Part shown: positions 36,054 to 49,294 of the stretch, piece after piece
How positions within the stretch are numbered: the first letter of the stretch is position 1
Layout of the letters: each line of letters begins with the position of its first letter
Assembly (NCBI RefSeq): GCF_001194135.2
Contig: NC_068996.1
Span: 20,144,486-20,208,485 of the forward strand
Length of the DNA stretch: 64,000 nucleotides
Source of the DNA: Octopus bimaculoides
Lineage: Eukaryota
Direction of reading: 5' to 3'
Program-made: the position numbers and the translations under genes
Notes under the pieces: generated by a model
The model's database searches: none
What the model was told of the DNA's origin: nothing
What the model saw: the letters and a program-made list of their open reading frames with translations, nothing else

Positions 36054-39000
36054 TTAAATGATAAACTTCTGGAAAGTTTTACAGATTTTTACAGTTCCAG
36101 TGATGGACTGGATTTGTAGTCTTCGAATTAGCTTTCTCCTTTCTGGTTTTGAGAAGCCTAATATATCAAGGTATTCTAGCAGTATGTTACATATCTCAGG
36201 GCCCCAATAATTACAGGTATAAACCTGAACTTGTAATCTGTAGATTTCTCAATAGTTCAGCATAGGTGTTTTTTTTTTCACTGATCTTCATAACTTTGCA
36301 TAAAGTTTTCATCCGCTTGGCACAGTTTCTCTTCTCTATCCCAAATCATTACATCAGGTCTGTTGCGCTGACACTTTATTGAGGTCTTCACTGGTACATT
36401 CCACCAGTATTCCTTTTCATTATGAATGGATATGGATTCTACCATGTTGTGGGTTTTTATTTCTTTGTCTTCGGAATTATCCTTCCAGTGGATTTCCTTA
36501 TAGATTGTCCTAGCTACAACGTCATGTCTCATCGGTAGATAATACCATGATGACATTTTCAGACAACTGCTTATGGTGTGGGTGATATCTTCAGTGTGAA
36601 CTCCACAAACTCTGCATAGGCTATCACACTTTACGGCTTTACCTGCATCTCTATATCCCTTTTGTGCATCAGGTACTTGGTTGATATTTCCTGTTCCTGG
36701 ATTGCAAACGCATACCCTTCAGAGTGGGAGGTAGTAATCTGGCTACTGGTCCATGATGAACTGCTTTGATAATCGATGCTACTATCATCACCGAGCATTC
36801 TACTAACACATCCATTCAGAGTCTTCTGCTCATATAGGCTCATCCTATATATGATGATATGTTGCGGTAGAGTTGTGCGACTTCTTTGGGCGTATGTTCT
36901 AGGTTATCAGACAAAGAGTGTTGCTCAAGAAGCTGCCTTCCAAGTTTTATGACGTTATCAGCCTTGTGTATGCAAACTTGGTCAAGGGATGCACTTCGAC
37001 GCTTGGTGGTTAAAAGATGTTGCCGAAGGGATATGATGCGACATTTAAAGGCATTTTGGATTGATGTTAAGCCTCTGCCGCCTTGTTTACATTTAGGTAG
37101 AAATTATGTGTGCTTGTTAGTATTTTTCAAGTTTTCACATCAATGGCTCGGATCTCATCAAGCGTCCAATCAAGTAGCCCAAATGATGATATGAGTACTA
37201 GCAATGCAAACGCATTGTTGGCCACAGTTTTATTGAATGCAGAGAGTTTAGAGGTTCAAATTTTCTTTATTCGGCTGTAATAGTCTTTAGAGACACGTGT
37301 TTTGTTAAAGGTGCCACTGTAAGATATATTTTCATCCACCTCTACATATTTGTAACATTCCTCGTCAGATACAGGGGAAACAGTCAAATCATTGACGGAG
37401 ATGCTACTAGTCTGGTTTATAGTTCTCCCCCTTTTCACAACCATATAACAACATTTATCCTGACCAAACTCCAACCCCACATCCTTTGAGAATGTTGTAA
37501 CTAAGTCAAGGCTCTTTTTCATCTCATGCATATTCTTTGCATAAAGTTTTAAGTCATCCACAAAGAAGCAGTGTGCAATTTTGGTATTTCTGTTTCCTTC
37601 TGAACCAGTGAGGTACCCTTCAGACTTCTTTAACATGAATGACAAGGGGTTTTCAGAAATTATAAACAACATCACTGTCTCCTTAGAATATGCTTTTTGC
37701 GATATGGTATTCTATCAGTGATAATACAGTTACTCTTTGTGTTTAATTTCAAGATGGTGGCCCACGATGAAGTCAGGTCAGCTATGGCTTTGACTGTTCT
37801 CACTGGAACTTTAGCAAGTTGAAGGGCTTCTAGCATCCATGAGTGGGGAACAGAGTCAAAGGCTTTCTTGTAATTTAACCACATTGAAACTAGGTTCCCC
37901 CTATGTTCTCGCAGCTCTGACATCACAGTTTTGTTGATTAACAATTGCTCGGCACATCCCCAGATTCCCTTCTTCCCAGCTGCTTGTTCTGCTGTGATAA
38001 TGTTATTGGTTTCACAATGATTATGGAGGAAGAAGTTTAAACATGCTGCATATATCTTATACATTAAGTTCTGGCATGCAATCGGCCGGTAGTTTTTTGC
38101 CCTGTCGTGTCAATTTTATCTCTGCCGGTGCTAGCCAGTGTGGTATGCTACTGTTCCCGGTGAAAGCTTGCTGGTACAGATTCATAAGGTATGGTCGATA
38201 GAATGTTAGCTTCTTGTACCAATATCTAACTATCAAGTTTCTTCCAGGTGTTTTTCCATCCTGGAGTTTCTGGATTGCTGTCGCAAGAGTTTCACCGTCA
38301 ATGTTGTATGTTTTGGATGTAACGCAGTAGCAATAACTTTTTTCGATTTCTTCCAGCCACAGAGCTTCTTGGTTAAATTCTTTCTCTTCACTCCAGATTT
38401 TCCTCCAGAATGAGTTTGTGTCTTCTCGTTAAGGAGCTTCTGTAATATTTAATGCTCCTCTTCTCACGTCTCTGTATACTGCTGCCTAGTTGCGGTTAAA
38501 TTTTTTGTTTATTGTTCTCTCGGTTATTCTCTTCTGATGTCGGAGTTTTTCGCTGACAGCTTTTAGCTCCTGCTTGAGGCTAATCAGTTTGCAAGTGAGT
38601 GTCTTCTGTTTTTCTGTCTCCAAACATCATTTCTATCTCCTTCTTTACTTTCTGTTGGTGGGACATATAGTGATTTGCTTGTTAGTATCCATAAGGCATC
38701 ATTACATGACTGATGGTCTTCCGTAAACCAGTTATCTTTTTCTCTGTCTTCAAAGCCCATGATGGTACTTTCTTAATTATTTCGGTTTTGTTTACATTTT
38801 GAATAGCATTCATGTACTGTTTTACAGTAGTAGCCAGCGCATACAGGCAGGCGTTAATCTGCCAGTATGTGGGTTCCTCACACAACTGTAAATACTCATC
38901 ACTAATTTCGTTAACAGCTTTTAATACCATATCTGGTGGGGGTTTTTTTTACTTACTTTGGTAGAGAATACTCTCTCCTCGAGAGAGTCCTTCAAAGCCA

Positions 39001-39340
39001 AAGTAATTTTTTCTCGGAAAATTTCACTTGTTGGCATAGTTGCCTCGCAGTAAAATGATTTAATTCTGGATGCAGATCGTCCCAATATGATTTCAATCGC
39101 TTCATATAGCCAACAGCCGGACTTTGTTTCGCTTTTTCGTAGCAGTTAAATAGATCATTATTTAGTTCATAACTCCAAGAGAAATGAGTTTTGTGGTTAT
39201 GGTTTCTTCTATAACTACAGCTAGAAAGAATTTGTTTATCTGTTGAGCTGTTGTTTACGTTCTGTTCCTCGATTGTGTTGTTGATGTTGTGTCCACCAGC
39301 CATGTTGTTTGTAGTAACTCTCTGTATAGAATATTCAAGT
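36054..39340 (-). mobile_element. Near full-length R4/Dong-like LINE (N-terminal domain, RT, knuckle, RLE), fragmented
   Basis: WSYELNNDLFNCYEKA...GYMKRL...W..LHPE (N-terminus), AEQAAGKKGIWGCAEQLLINK, WLNYKKAFDSVPHSW, FFVDDLKLY, FGQDKC, EGYAFAIQEQEI, HDVVARTIY and RNRPDVMIWD, in order across six ORF pieces. Confidence 0.93.
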
Positions 39341-39834
39341 TTCAGTCAAAAATCACTATAATCGTGAATAAAAGGCTCCCTCAGTTAATTCATCTGAAGA
39401 TTAACTAGTTATTTAACAAGGCTGTTAATTGTGACTCCAAAGATAGTATTCATCGCATTTTCGATAAATAGTCTCCCACGCCAAATACGCGACTTCTCAG
39501 CGTTGATTGTGTCTGAAGTATCTCCGTGTACTGACGAACGTTTAACAATTATTTTTAGCTTCAACACGTGTCAAAATGCCTCAGTTTCTAACATACAGAT
39601 ATTTGTTTTCATATTTTGACAATGAATCAATTGTTGAGCAAGAGTTTCCCCCTACTGAGTAATTAGAAAAGAAACATGAATGTGTTATAAGATTATTCTA
39701 AAACAGAAACATTTACTCGAATACAAAATTGTTTTTTTTAATTCGCCACAAGCAAAATTCTACAAATATTGCATACTAACTCAGTCGGCACTAAAACATA
39801 AAAAATATGTATTTCATCTGCCCTTGATTTTCAG

Positions 39835-39931
39835 AGCGACAGAGATTTCAACTGGGACAGATTGCTGAATAGATATCACGCTGATTACGGGCCCACTACA
39901 CAAGGGGATCGAGCGAGGAATGGAAAATATA
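39835..39931 (+). CDS. Candidate isolated exon (unassigned)
   Basis: Acceptor CTGCCCTTGATTTTCAG|, an open frame SDRDFNWDRLLNRYHADYGPTTQGDRARNGKY, and only a weak donor TA|GTAACG. Confidence 0.15.
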
Positions 39932-40172
39932 GTAACGAACGTCGGTGGAGCGCTTCTTCAAATGTTATTGTTGCATGCAAGACTTTCACCACCGTGTGGA
40001 CCTGTATAGCCACAGCAGACGCTGCACAACCACCAGCAGCTGACACAAAATTCTCTAGGCACAGATCCATGGTCTTTCGAGACCGATGGATGTCTCTCTA
40101 TCTATCTGTCTATCTGTCTATCTATCTATCTATCTCTCTATCTATCCATAGCGGGTAAAAAAAAATTAGCTG

Positions 40173-40227
<55 letters not shown>

Positions 40228-40574
40228 AACTATTTGTATTTTATTTCTCACCTTTGGCAAAGAAATGCAAAGTGCTAAATCGAACTGTGGCGGAAAAGAA
40301 AGGTGATACGAATGCAACATAAATAAATAAAAATAAGTTAATGTTTTATCGCGGTGGAGAATAATTATTGTAGTTCACCAGCACCAGCTGTTGCTCTAGC
40401 GTAAAGAACAACATTAACAGACTAGTGTTAGTTGTTACAACAGCAGAAGAGACAGCATCAGGAGTGTAATGAAAATAACAGGGTAGTCATACAGGAGAAG
40501 TTTTGGGACATGAATCAATATATCCTGAGACAGTTAGTGTGTGTGGTTAAGTGTGGACGTGGGATGAAACATGA

Positions 40575-40820
40575 TTAAAAGTCAGAGAGAATTTTTTTTC
40601 TATTAGAACATTTAAATACAAAGAAACGGGAAAGAAGAGAAATAAAGAATGAAAAGAAAGAAAAAGAAAAATGGTGTTGGGGTTTAAAGTAGCGGAATAT
40701 GAAGGGTAGGTTGCAATGGGCCACAGATGCCAGAATATGTGGGCTGCTCAACCGCACCCTGCAATAATGGCTGCCATGGCGTTGCCGCGGAGAATGGCCA
40801 GGGACACGTCGCAGCAGGGG
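40575..40820 (-). mobile_element. CRE/NeSL-like RLE retrotransposon 3' end
   Basis: The minus-strand frame VSLAILRGNAMAAII matches the QRxSxAIxRGNA C-terminal motif and is followed by a pyrimidine-rich 3' UTR. Homologous to 57440-57715. Confidence 0.6.
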
Positions 40821-40975
40821 CACGGCCGAGTACTCCACTTGTTCTAGGATATCACCCGCTACTCTCCATCTTCCACAGCTTTACTCTCCACCCTTTTTCG
40901 TTTCTTTCATTTCCCTTCTCATCTCTCTATTCCCTGATTCTTTCTATTTAAATGTTCTAATAAAATAAAATTCTG
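40812..40975 (+). mobile_element. Second 3' UTR of the same CRE-like family, opposite orientation
   Basis: GAGTACTCCACTTGTTCTAGGA...TATTTAAATGTTCTAATAAAATAAAATT aligns to the reverse complement of 57440-57600. Confidence 0.6.
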
Positions 40976-41099
40976 ATTCCCTTTTCATCATTTCCTATGC
41001 CAGCGGAACCCAAGGGCCGGTTCATTCAGGGGCCTGGTCGGCGACTCTTAGTTTGTGCCGTTCGTCGTCGAGATGTCAGGTGTTCTACGATCCCGTACT

Positions 41100-41955
41100 A
41101 TCGATTTCACTCATTCAGCTGCAGCCATGCTGCGGCACGGCCCTAAATAATTTTTAGTTGCATGAATCGAACCCAGTATTCATTTCGTTTGTTTTTTTTG
41201 TTTGTTTTTGTTTTCAGCCTGATAAATTTGACGGACTCCTAAGTTATGGGAACGTAAGCATACCAGCAACAGTTGTCACGGGGTGGAGACGTATATATAT
41301 ATATATATATATAATTATAATTTAGGATATCTAAGGGATACCGCCATGCTAAAAATAGCAGTCACATCTTGATTCTAAACCACAATAAACATTTATTGCT
41401 GTTTAGAGTCAAGACTTGACTGCTATTTTCNNNNNNNNNNNNNNNNNNNNNNNNNNNNNNNNNNNNNNNNNNNNNNNNNNNNNNNNNNNNNNNNNNNNNN
41501 NNNNNNNNNNNNNNNNNNNNNNNNNNNNNNNNNNNNNNNNNNNNNNNNNNNNNNNNNNNNNNNNNNNNNNNNNNNNNNNNNNNNNNNNNNNNNNNNNNNN
41601 NNNNNNNNNNNNNNNNNNNNNNNNNNNNNNNNNNNNNNNNNNNNNNNNNNNNNNNNNNNNNNNNNNNNNNNNNNNNNNNNNNNNNNNNNNNNNNNNNNNN
41701 NNNNNNNNNNNNNNNNNNNNNNNNNNNNNNNNNNNNNNNNNNNNNNNNNNNNNNNNNNNNNNNNNNNNNNNNNNNNNNNNNNNNNNNNNNNTATATATAC
41801 ATATATATAACGGGTTTCTTTCAGTTTCTGTCTACTAAATTAATTCAGAAGTCTTTGTTCAGCCCAAAGCTATAGTGAAAGACATTTCACCAAGGTTTCA
41901 CGCAGTTAGACTGAACCCGGAATCATTTGGTTGAGAGGCAAGCTTCTTGCCACAT
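41100..41955 (-). mobile_element. SINE family A tail (41100-41290) and head (41800-41955) separated by other sequence and an N gap
   Basis: Both halves are homologous to 26391-26778. Confidence 0.7.
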
Positions 41956-43028
41956 ATGTGAGTGTGTGTGTGCGTGTCTGTGTTTGTGTGTGTATATATA
42001 TATATATGTGTGTGTGTGCGTGTGTGTGTGTGTGNNNNNNNNNNNNNNNNNNNNNNNNNNNNNNNNNNNNNNNNNNNNNNNNNNNNNNNNNNNNNNNNNN
42101 NNNNNNNNNNNNNNNNNNNNNNNNNNNNNNNNNNNNNNNNNNNNNNNNNNNNNNNNNNNNNNNNNNNNNNNNNNNNNNNNNNNNNNNNNNNNNNNNNNNN
42201 NNNNNNNNNNNNNNNNNNNNNNNNNNNNNNNNNNNNNNNNNNNNNNNNNNNNNNNNNNNNNNNNNNNNNNNNNNNNNNNNNNNNNNNNNNNNNNNNNNNN
42301 NNNNNNNNNNNNNNNNNNNNNNNNNNNNNNNNNNNNNNNNNNNNNNNNNNNNNNNNNNNNNNNNNNNNNNNNNNNNNNNNNNNNNNNNNNNNNNNNNNNN
42401 NNNNNNNNNNNNNNNNNNNNNNNNNNNNNNNNNNNNNNNNNNNNNNNNNNNNNNNNNNNNNNNNNNNNNNNNNNNNNNNNNNNNNNNNNNNNNNNNNNNN
42501 NNNNNNNNNNNNNNNNNNNNNNNNNNNNNNNNNNNNNNNNNNNNNNNNNNNNNNNNNNNNNNNNNNNNNNNNNNNNNNNNNNNNNNNNNNNNNNNNNNNN
42601 NNNNNNNNNNNNNNNNNNNNNNNNNNNNNNNNNNNNNNNNNNNNNNNNNNNNNNNNNNNNNNNNNNNNNNNNNNNNNNNNNNNNNNNNNNNNNNNNNNNN
42701 NNNNNNNNNNNNNNNNNNNNNNNNNNNNNNNNNNNNNNNNNNNNNNNNNNNNNNNNNNNNNNNNNNNNNNNNNNNNNNNNNNNNNNNNNNNNNNNNNNNN
42801 NNNNNNNNNNNNNNNNNNNNNNNNNNNNNNNNNNNNNNNNNNNNNNNNNNNNNNNNNNNNNNNNNNNNNNNNNNNNNNNNNNNNNNNNNNNNNNNNNNNN
42901 NNNNNNNNTAATGTATATATGTATATATATGTATGTACGTATGTATATATATATGCATGCATGTATATATATATGAACATGTATGTATATATAGATATCT
43001 ATATATATGTTTGTATACACACACACAC

Positions 43029-43076
<48 letters not shown>

Positions 43077-43090
43077 ATGTATATATGTTA

Positions 43091-43775
43091 CCCGCAAGAT
43101 GTCATCCTGGATACTGAGAACTTTCTGGTCTAGAGATGCCTACACCAACGTCCTTCTCTACTCTACTTTTCCCGAGTAATGTTGCCCACTATAGTCCCCC
43201 CCCCCATACGAAGCAGCTCATTTTGCAAGTAGAAGCACTCCAGAGGTCCATAGCACGAAAGATAGACGGTGTGAGAGGCATTGATTATTGGAGTCGACTA
43301 AAAAATATTCAATCTCTACACTCTCCCACGCCGCCGGGAGCGCCACATCATTTGTGTGATGTGGGAAATATTCCATCAATATTGCACAAATGATGTTGGC
43401 ATCAATTTCAAAATCCATCCAAGAACTTGGCTTCCGTGCTATTCGCTCACTGCAAGAATTGAACTCGGTACACATAGCAACATTACGTCACAATTACTTT
43501 ACCTCAACCGGTCCAGATCTCTTTAATACTATACCAAAATATGTCAAAATGGAAATGGATCCCATTAAATTCAAATGTTCACTGGACAAATTTCTTCAAA
43601 AAATCCTGGACCAACCTCCTACACTCGGATATGTCTCCAAAAATAATAACTCTTTGCTAGAGTAGGCTACGGTGCCCCATATATGACTAAAAGACTTCAC
43701 CAGGTGGCGCTATTGAGTTAGACATGGCCTGAGCCTATACTGGCCGAAACCTATCAAATTTATCAAAGTTATACG
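43091..43775 (+). mobile_element. CR1/L2-group LINE 3' fragment (second family)
   Basis: RKMSSWILRTFWSRD, QVEALQRSIARKI, YWSRLK and FNTIPKYV...FKCSLDKFLQKILDQP, ending in a GGCC...GGCC stem-loop and an ATCAAAT repeat. Confidence 0.85.
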
Positions 43776-43827
43776 TATATATGTATATCTATAAATTTAT
43801 GTATGTATATATGTATATAGATATATT

Positions 43828-44198
43828 CTTTTATTCTTTTCTTGCATTTCTTTGAGTCATTTGACTGAGGCCATGCTGGAGTACCGCCTTTAATCGAACA
43901 GATCGACCCCAGGACTTATTCTTTTTTCTCTTCTTAGTCTTTTGCCGAACCGCTAAGTTACGGGGCGTAACACACCAGCATCGGTTGTCAAGCGATGGTG
44001 AGGGGACAAACACAGACGCACAAACATATACTATATACCACAGGCTTCTTTCAGTTTCCGTCTACTAAATCCACTCACAAGGCTTTGGTCGGCCCGAAGC
44101 TATACTAGAAGACTCTTGCCCAAGTTGCCACGCAGCGGGACTGAACCCGGAACCATGTGGCTGGTAAGCAAGCTTCTTACCACACAGCAACTCCTGCG

Positions 44199-44200
<2 letters not shown>
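43828..44200 (-). mobile_element. SINE family A full copy
   Basis: Continuous homology to 26391-26778. Confidence 0.9.
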
Positions 44201-44233
<33 letters not shown>

Positions 44234-44689
44234 NNNNNNNNNNNNNNNNNNNNNNNNNNNNNNNNNNNNNNNNNNNNNNNNNNNNNNNNNNNNNNNNNNN
44301 NNNNNNNNNNNNNNNNNNNNNNNNNNNNNNNNNNNNNNNNNNNNNNNNNNNNNNNNNNNNNNNNNNNNNNNNNNNNNNNNNNNNNNNNNNNNNNNNNNNN
44401 NNNNNNNNNNNNNNNNNNNNNNNNNNNNNNNNNNNNNNNNNNNNNNNNNNNNNNNNNNNNNNNNNNNNNNNNNNNNNNNNNNNNNNNNNNNNNNNNNNNN
44501 NNNNNNNNNNNNNNNNNNNNNNNNNNNNNNNNNNNNNNNNNNNNNNNNNNNNNNNNNNNNNNNNNNNNNNNNNNNNNNNNNNNNNNNNNNNNNNNNNNNN
44601 NNNNNNNNNNNNNNNNNNNNNNNNNNNNNNNNNNNNNNNNNNNNNNNNNNNNNNNNNNNNNNNNNNNNNNNNNNNNNNNNNNNNNNNNN

Positions 44690-44787
44690 AAGAAGAAGAA
44701 GAAGAAGAAGAAGAAGAAGAAGAAGAAGAAGAAGAAGAAGAAGAAGAAGAAGAAGAAGAAGAAGAAGAAGAAGAAGAAGAAGAAGAA
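44690..44787 (+). repeat. (AAG)n microsatellite
   Basis: Direct inspection. Confidence 0.97.
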
Positions 44788-44879
44788 TGCGGGAGTGGTA
44801 TGATAATAGTAGGATGTTAAATGGTCAAGTGACCAAAAAGTGGCTCGTTGTGGATTATAGTAGTGATTGGGACTGTTTT

Positions 44880-45560
44880 TAGTGAATCACTACTACCATC
44901 CTTTCCCTCATCACTGCATGTTTGATTCCGTCCCCTTCAATTACCCCTAGGTATTTTTAGCTCTCCGATGGTTCTAACTCATTTATGACATTCCGGTGGT
45001 CAAGGTTAACGTTAAATGTTTCTGTCAATTTTCCTTTGATAAAGTTAGCTTATACACATTTATCGAGGCCAAATTGCATCCTGATGTCATCACTGAATTG
45101 TTTAACAATCGCTAGTAAGCCCTTGAGTAGGTCATTTTTTGCAAATAGCTTTAAATCATCCATGTAAATGAGATGATTTATATTTTTATCAAATATTTTA
45201 TAACCGTACTGTTCATCATTGAGCAATTTTGAGAGCGGCATTAATGCTAGACAAAAGAGGAATGGTGATAGTGAGTTACCCTGGAAAATGCCATATGAAA
45301 TTCTTACATCTCCAGCATTTAGGGATTCATTGTCATTGTTCAAAGTCAGTGTGGTTCTCCATGATCTCATACTTACAGACAAAACGTTTCGCACAGTAGG
45401 AGCTATTTTATACATTTCCAGACATTTCTTAATCCAGCTATGTGGTAGACTATCAGCTTTCGCACATACCTTTTGCTTGAAGGTTTCTATGGTGGTATCA
45501 ATGTCAAATATAGTTTTCATATTATAATTTTCTTTAATTTTCGTGTTTTGTAGGTTTGAT
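44880..45560 (-). mobile_element. R4/Dong-like RT fragment
   Basis: DSLPHSWIKKCL, GIFQGNSLSPFLFCLAL, HLIYMDDLKLF, MQFGLDKC, KYLGVIE. Bounded by (ATT)n at 45566-45668. Confidence 0.9.
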
Positions 45561-45564
45561 AGTC

Positions 45565-45631
<67 letters not shown>

Positions 45632-45668
45632 CATTATTATTATTATTGTTATTATTAACATTATTATT

Positions 45669-47440
45669 CCTTCGTAACTCAGTGTAGGTAAAGATGCACC
45701 GGAGTCTTTAGTCGATTAGCCTTCATCGTTCAGTAGGTGTTGACTGAAAAATCCCAGAGGATGATGATATTTTTACCCTCAACAACTGGTTCAGGATGAT
45801 GTTCATACAAGTAAGCAGGAGTGCTGATTTTGTAGTATTTACATGTTTTCTAATGTTTACATATTTTCCAATGTAAATACTGCCCTACTTTATCGTGGCA
45901 ATTTTTATATTCGTTTGGTGTCAACACAGGACATCCCGATACTAGATAGTCTATTGTTTCATCAAATGTATCGCAGAATCTACATTTGGCGTCAGAACTG
46001 TTTTGAAAAACGTTAGGCTGGTAGTTTTTGGTAAGCAAGCTTTGATCTAGTGCCACCAATATGAAACCTTCAGTCTATCCTTTCAGTCATGAGCTTCCCA
46101 GCTTGGTTTACATTAGCATTTCGGCTTCGAAATATATACTGTCCTTGTAGAAGCTTCTGGCACCACCGCTCCTTAGTTTGTTTCTGCTCATAATCTAATT
46201 CGGGGTTAATGCCAAGTCGCCTTGCGAATTTGCAAGCTTCCTTGACAATAGAATGGGATTTTTTGTTGCTTTCGTGTTTGCACACAAGCCGCAGCATCCA
46301 GCCCTCTGTACTAGATATGTGCTTGTTCATTACTATTGTGGAGATCTTATAGCATAGTTCTACCTGCATCATTCCTCCTCCTTCATAACTTCTAGGTACG
46401 TACAGACGATCACCGTTTGCTTTTGGGTGGTGCATGTTCTTAGATGTTAGTAGTTTTGTCTTCCTTTCCAGGCGTTGGAGTTCCAGTTAATGATATTAAA
46501 ATTATATTGGACTACTAGAAGTGCCAGGGTGTCAATGGCTTCGATGCAATTTTTGGAGTTGAGTTCAGTTTTTTAGTATGAGTCGTATTATTCTGTAATA
46601 CTCCTTTCTTATTTGTTTCCTTCATAGTAGCATGTTGTATACCGTCTCCTTCGTTTATCTCCAGGTATTTATAGCTTCCGTGTGGGTCAAGCTCCTTAAT
46701 AGCAGTGTCAGTATCTAACAAAAGTTGCTTTAGCACACTTATCAAGGCCAAAATTCACACCAATGTCGTTGCTGAACTCTTTAACAGTTGTTAACACCCC
46801 TACTAGCTCTTCGCCATTTCTAGCAAACAGCTTCAGGTCGTCCATATAAAACATATGATTTACTATAATATACACTTTGGACCCATTCCTGGTGTTATCC
46901 ATTTCGTATGAGAGTGGGATTAGTGCCGTGTAAAAGAGTAATAGGGAGAGGGAGTCACCTTGAAAGATGCCTCGTTTAATGATGATGTTGTTAGATTGGC
47001 TCATCACATTACAATGGTTTAGGAGACGTGTATTCCATTTGGTCATGCTATCCTGTAAGAATTTGGAGATGACAAGAGAGATCTTATATATCTCAAGAGC
47101 CATGAGTAGCCAATTATGTGAGAAAATATCAAACATTTTCCTGTAGTTTATCCATGCTCCAGTAAATTCTGTATAATCATTTTATTTATAATTGATCTTT
47201 GCATCCATAAGAATTCTTTTTACACCATTTTTGAGCTTGTAAAAAGATAGAGTTTTGTTCAAGGAGAGTGTTTACTCTTTCAGTTAGGATCTTGTAGGTG
47301 GTATTGAGACATGTAACCGGTCGGTAGTTCTTTGGATTTTTCGTGTTTTCAGTTTTTGGTAGAAGGTATGGTGTTCCTTCGGTCAGCCAGGCTGGTATTT
47401 GCTCTGGGTTCTGGATGACATCAAGATGCACTGGTTAGAA
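45669..47440 (-). mobile_element. R4/Dong-like LINE, internally deleted
   Basis: WLTEGTPYLLPK...NYRPVTCLNTTYKILT, GIFQGDSLS, YMDDLKLF, MHHPKANGDRLYVPR, CRFCDTFDETIDYLVSGCPVL...HDKVGQYLHW. The 3' end matches 57765-57830. Confidence 0.9.
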
Positions 47441-47444
47441 AGCA

Positions 47445-47870
47445 TTTTCTCTTAGTGATCTCTGACTAATATATCCGGCCTATTACTCTTGATTTCTCTA
47501 CCTGTATGTATTGGCATATCCCAGTGTATGGTTGCTGTCTTATTTTCTGTGACCTTTTCTGGCGTAAGCCTATACCATCTTTTTACTGTTGTTATTCCAT
47601 AGTGTTGGCATAGCTTCCAGTGTATATAGGTCCCAACTCTGTCATGTCTATAAATATATTTCTTCTTAGCCAGGACTGGGAAGCCAGAGAAAATATGTTT
47701 TATTGTTTCTTCTCCATGTTCACATCTTCTGCAGTTACTTCTATTCCTTTTCACTAGATTTTTTTCGGTGATTTCTGGTGAGAAAGTTTTAAAAATCCTG
47801 CAGTTAACAATCCTTCAGTCTCTGCTTTAAGACCTGAGCTTCTCGGCCATTGTTGAGATTTTGCTTTGTT
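47445..47870 (-). mobile_element. R4/Dong-like knuckle/RLE fragment (same family as 9190-9860)
   Basis: WLRSSGLKAETEG, CRRCEHGEETIKHIFSG.PVLAKK.YIYRHDRVGTYIHWKLCQHYG, NRPDI. Adjacent (ATT)n at 47897-48016. Confidence 0.9.
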
Positions 47871-47895
47871 TGTTTCTTTTCTGTTTAGTTTAACC

Positions 47896-48016
<121 letters not shown>

Positions 48017-48573
48017 NNNNNNNNNNNNNNNNNNNNNNNNNNNNNNNNNNNNNNNNNNNNNNNNNNNNNNNNNNNNNNNNNNNNNNNNNNNNNNNNNNNN
48101 NNNNNNNNNNNNNNNNNNNNNNNNNNNNNNNNNNNNNNNNNNNNNNNNNNNNNNNNNNNNNNNNNNNNNNNNNNNNNNNNNNNNNNNNNNNNNNNNNNNN
48201 NNNNNNNNNNNNNNNNNNNNNNNNNNNNNNNNNNNNNNNNNNNNNNNNNNNNNNNNNNNNNNNNNNNNNNNNNNNNNNNNNNNNNNNNNNNNNNNNNNNN
48301 NNNNNNNNNNNNNNNNNNNNNNNNNNNNNNNNNNNNNNNNNNNNNNNNNNNNNNNNNNNNNNNNNNNNNNNNNNNNNNNNNNNNNNNNNNNNNNNNNNNN
48401 NNNNNNNNNNNNNNNNNNNNNNNNNNNNNNNNNNNNNNNNNNNNNNNNNNNNNNNNNNNNNNNNNNNNNNNNNNNNNNNNNNNNNNNNNNNNNNNNNNNN
48501 NNNNNNNNNNNNNNNNNNNNNNNNNNNNNNNNNNNNNNNNNNNNNNNNNNNNNNNNNNNNNNNNNNNNNNNNN

Positions 48574-48642
48574 TGAAAGTTTTTCCATTTCTTTTAGGGA
48601 AACGTTGTCATCTGCTGGTATTGATACATCAATTAGAAAGCA

Positions 48643-48717
<75 letters not shown>

Positions 48718-48830
48718 GCCTTTGCACAGCTTCTAATGCTGGAGAGGTATTACAGTGTCAGCTGTTCGCTGCCAGTGAACTAAGGTAACACCTCTTATTT
48801 TTCGAGCACCTTCCATTTAGAGGAATATCA
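48574..48830 (-). mobile_element. Short R4/Dong-like pieces separated by (ATT)n
   Basis: 48574-48643 encodes CFLIDVSIPADDNVSLKEMEKLS. 48718-48830 is the 3' UTR shared with 55430-55530. Confidence 0.8.
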
Positions 48831-49294
48831 CAACACACCACAAAGCTCTTTAACTGCCACACATCCGAATCTATGGAAATTAATTACTGCACTGAAAAGG
48901 GAAGAACATTTGGCACAATTGAAAAAGGTTGAATTTGACTGAGGTGAGATATGTGAGACATAAAAGATAAAGTATAAAGATATAAACAAACGGCTGCAGA
49001 GAATTATTGAGTGATATAGTCCCGAAAATAGGAAGGATTTTTTAAGAGCAAAAGCTCATGACCTTCATTATTGAAGCTTTTAGTAATATTTTTATGTTTT
49101 ACTGTGCTTTTTTATTTTATCATTATTTAACGTTTAATTTTTGTCTTATATCGGGAGTGAAATTGCAAGGGGTGAAACTGACTGACAGTCAAATTACTGG
49201 GGATCAAATTACCGGATACCATATACATGTGTGTGTGTGTGTGTGAGTGTGTATTATATATGTATATAGTTATATATATTATGTGTGAGTGCCT

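Noticed and set aside
43715-43760. GGCC...GGCC-GAAAC stem resembling hammerhead stem II
   Set aside because: No upstream CUGANGA; better explained as the LINE 3' stem-loop.
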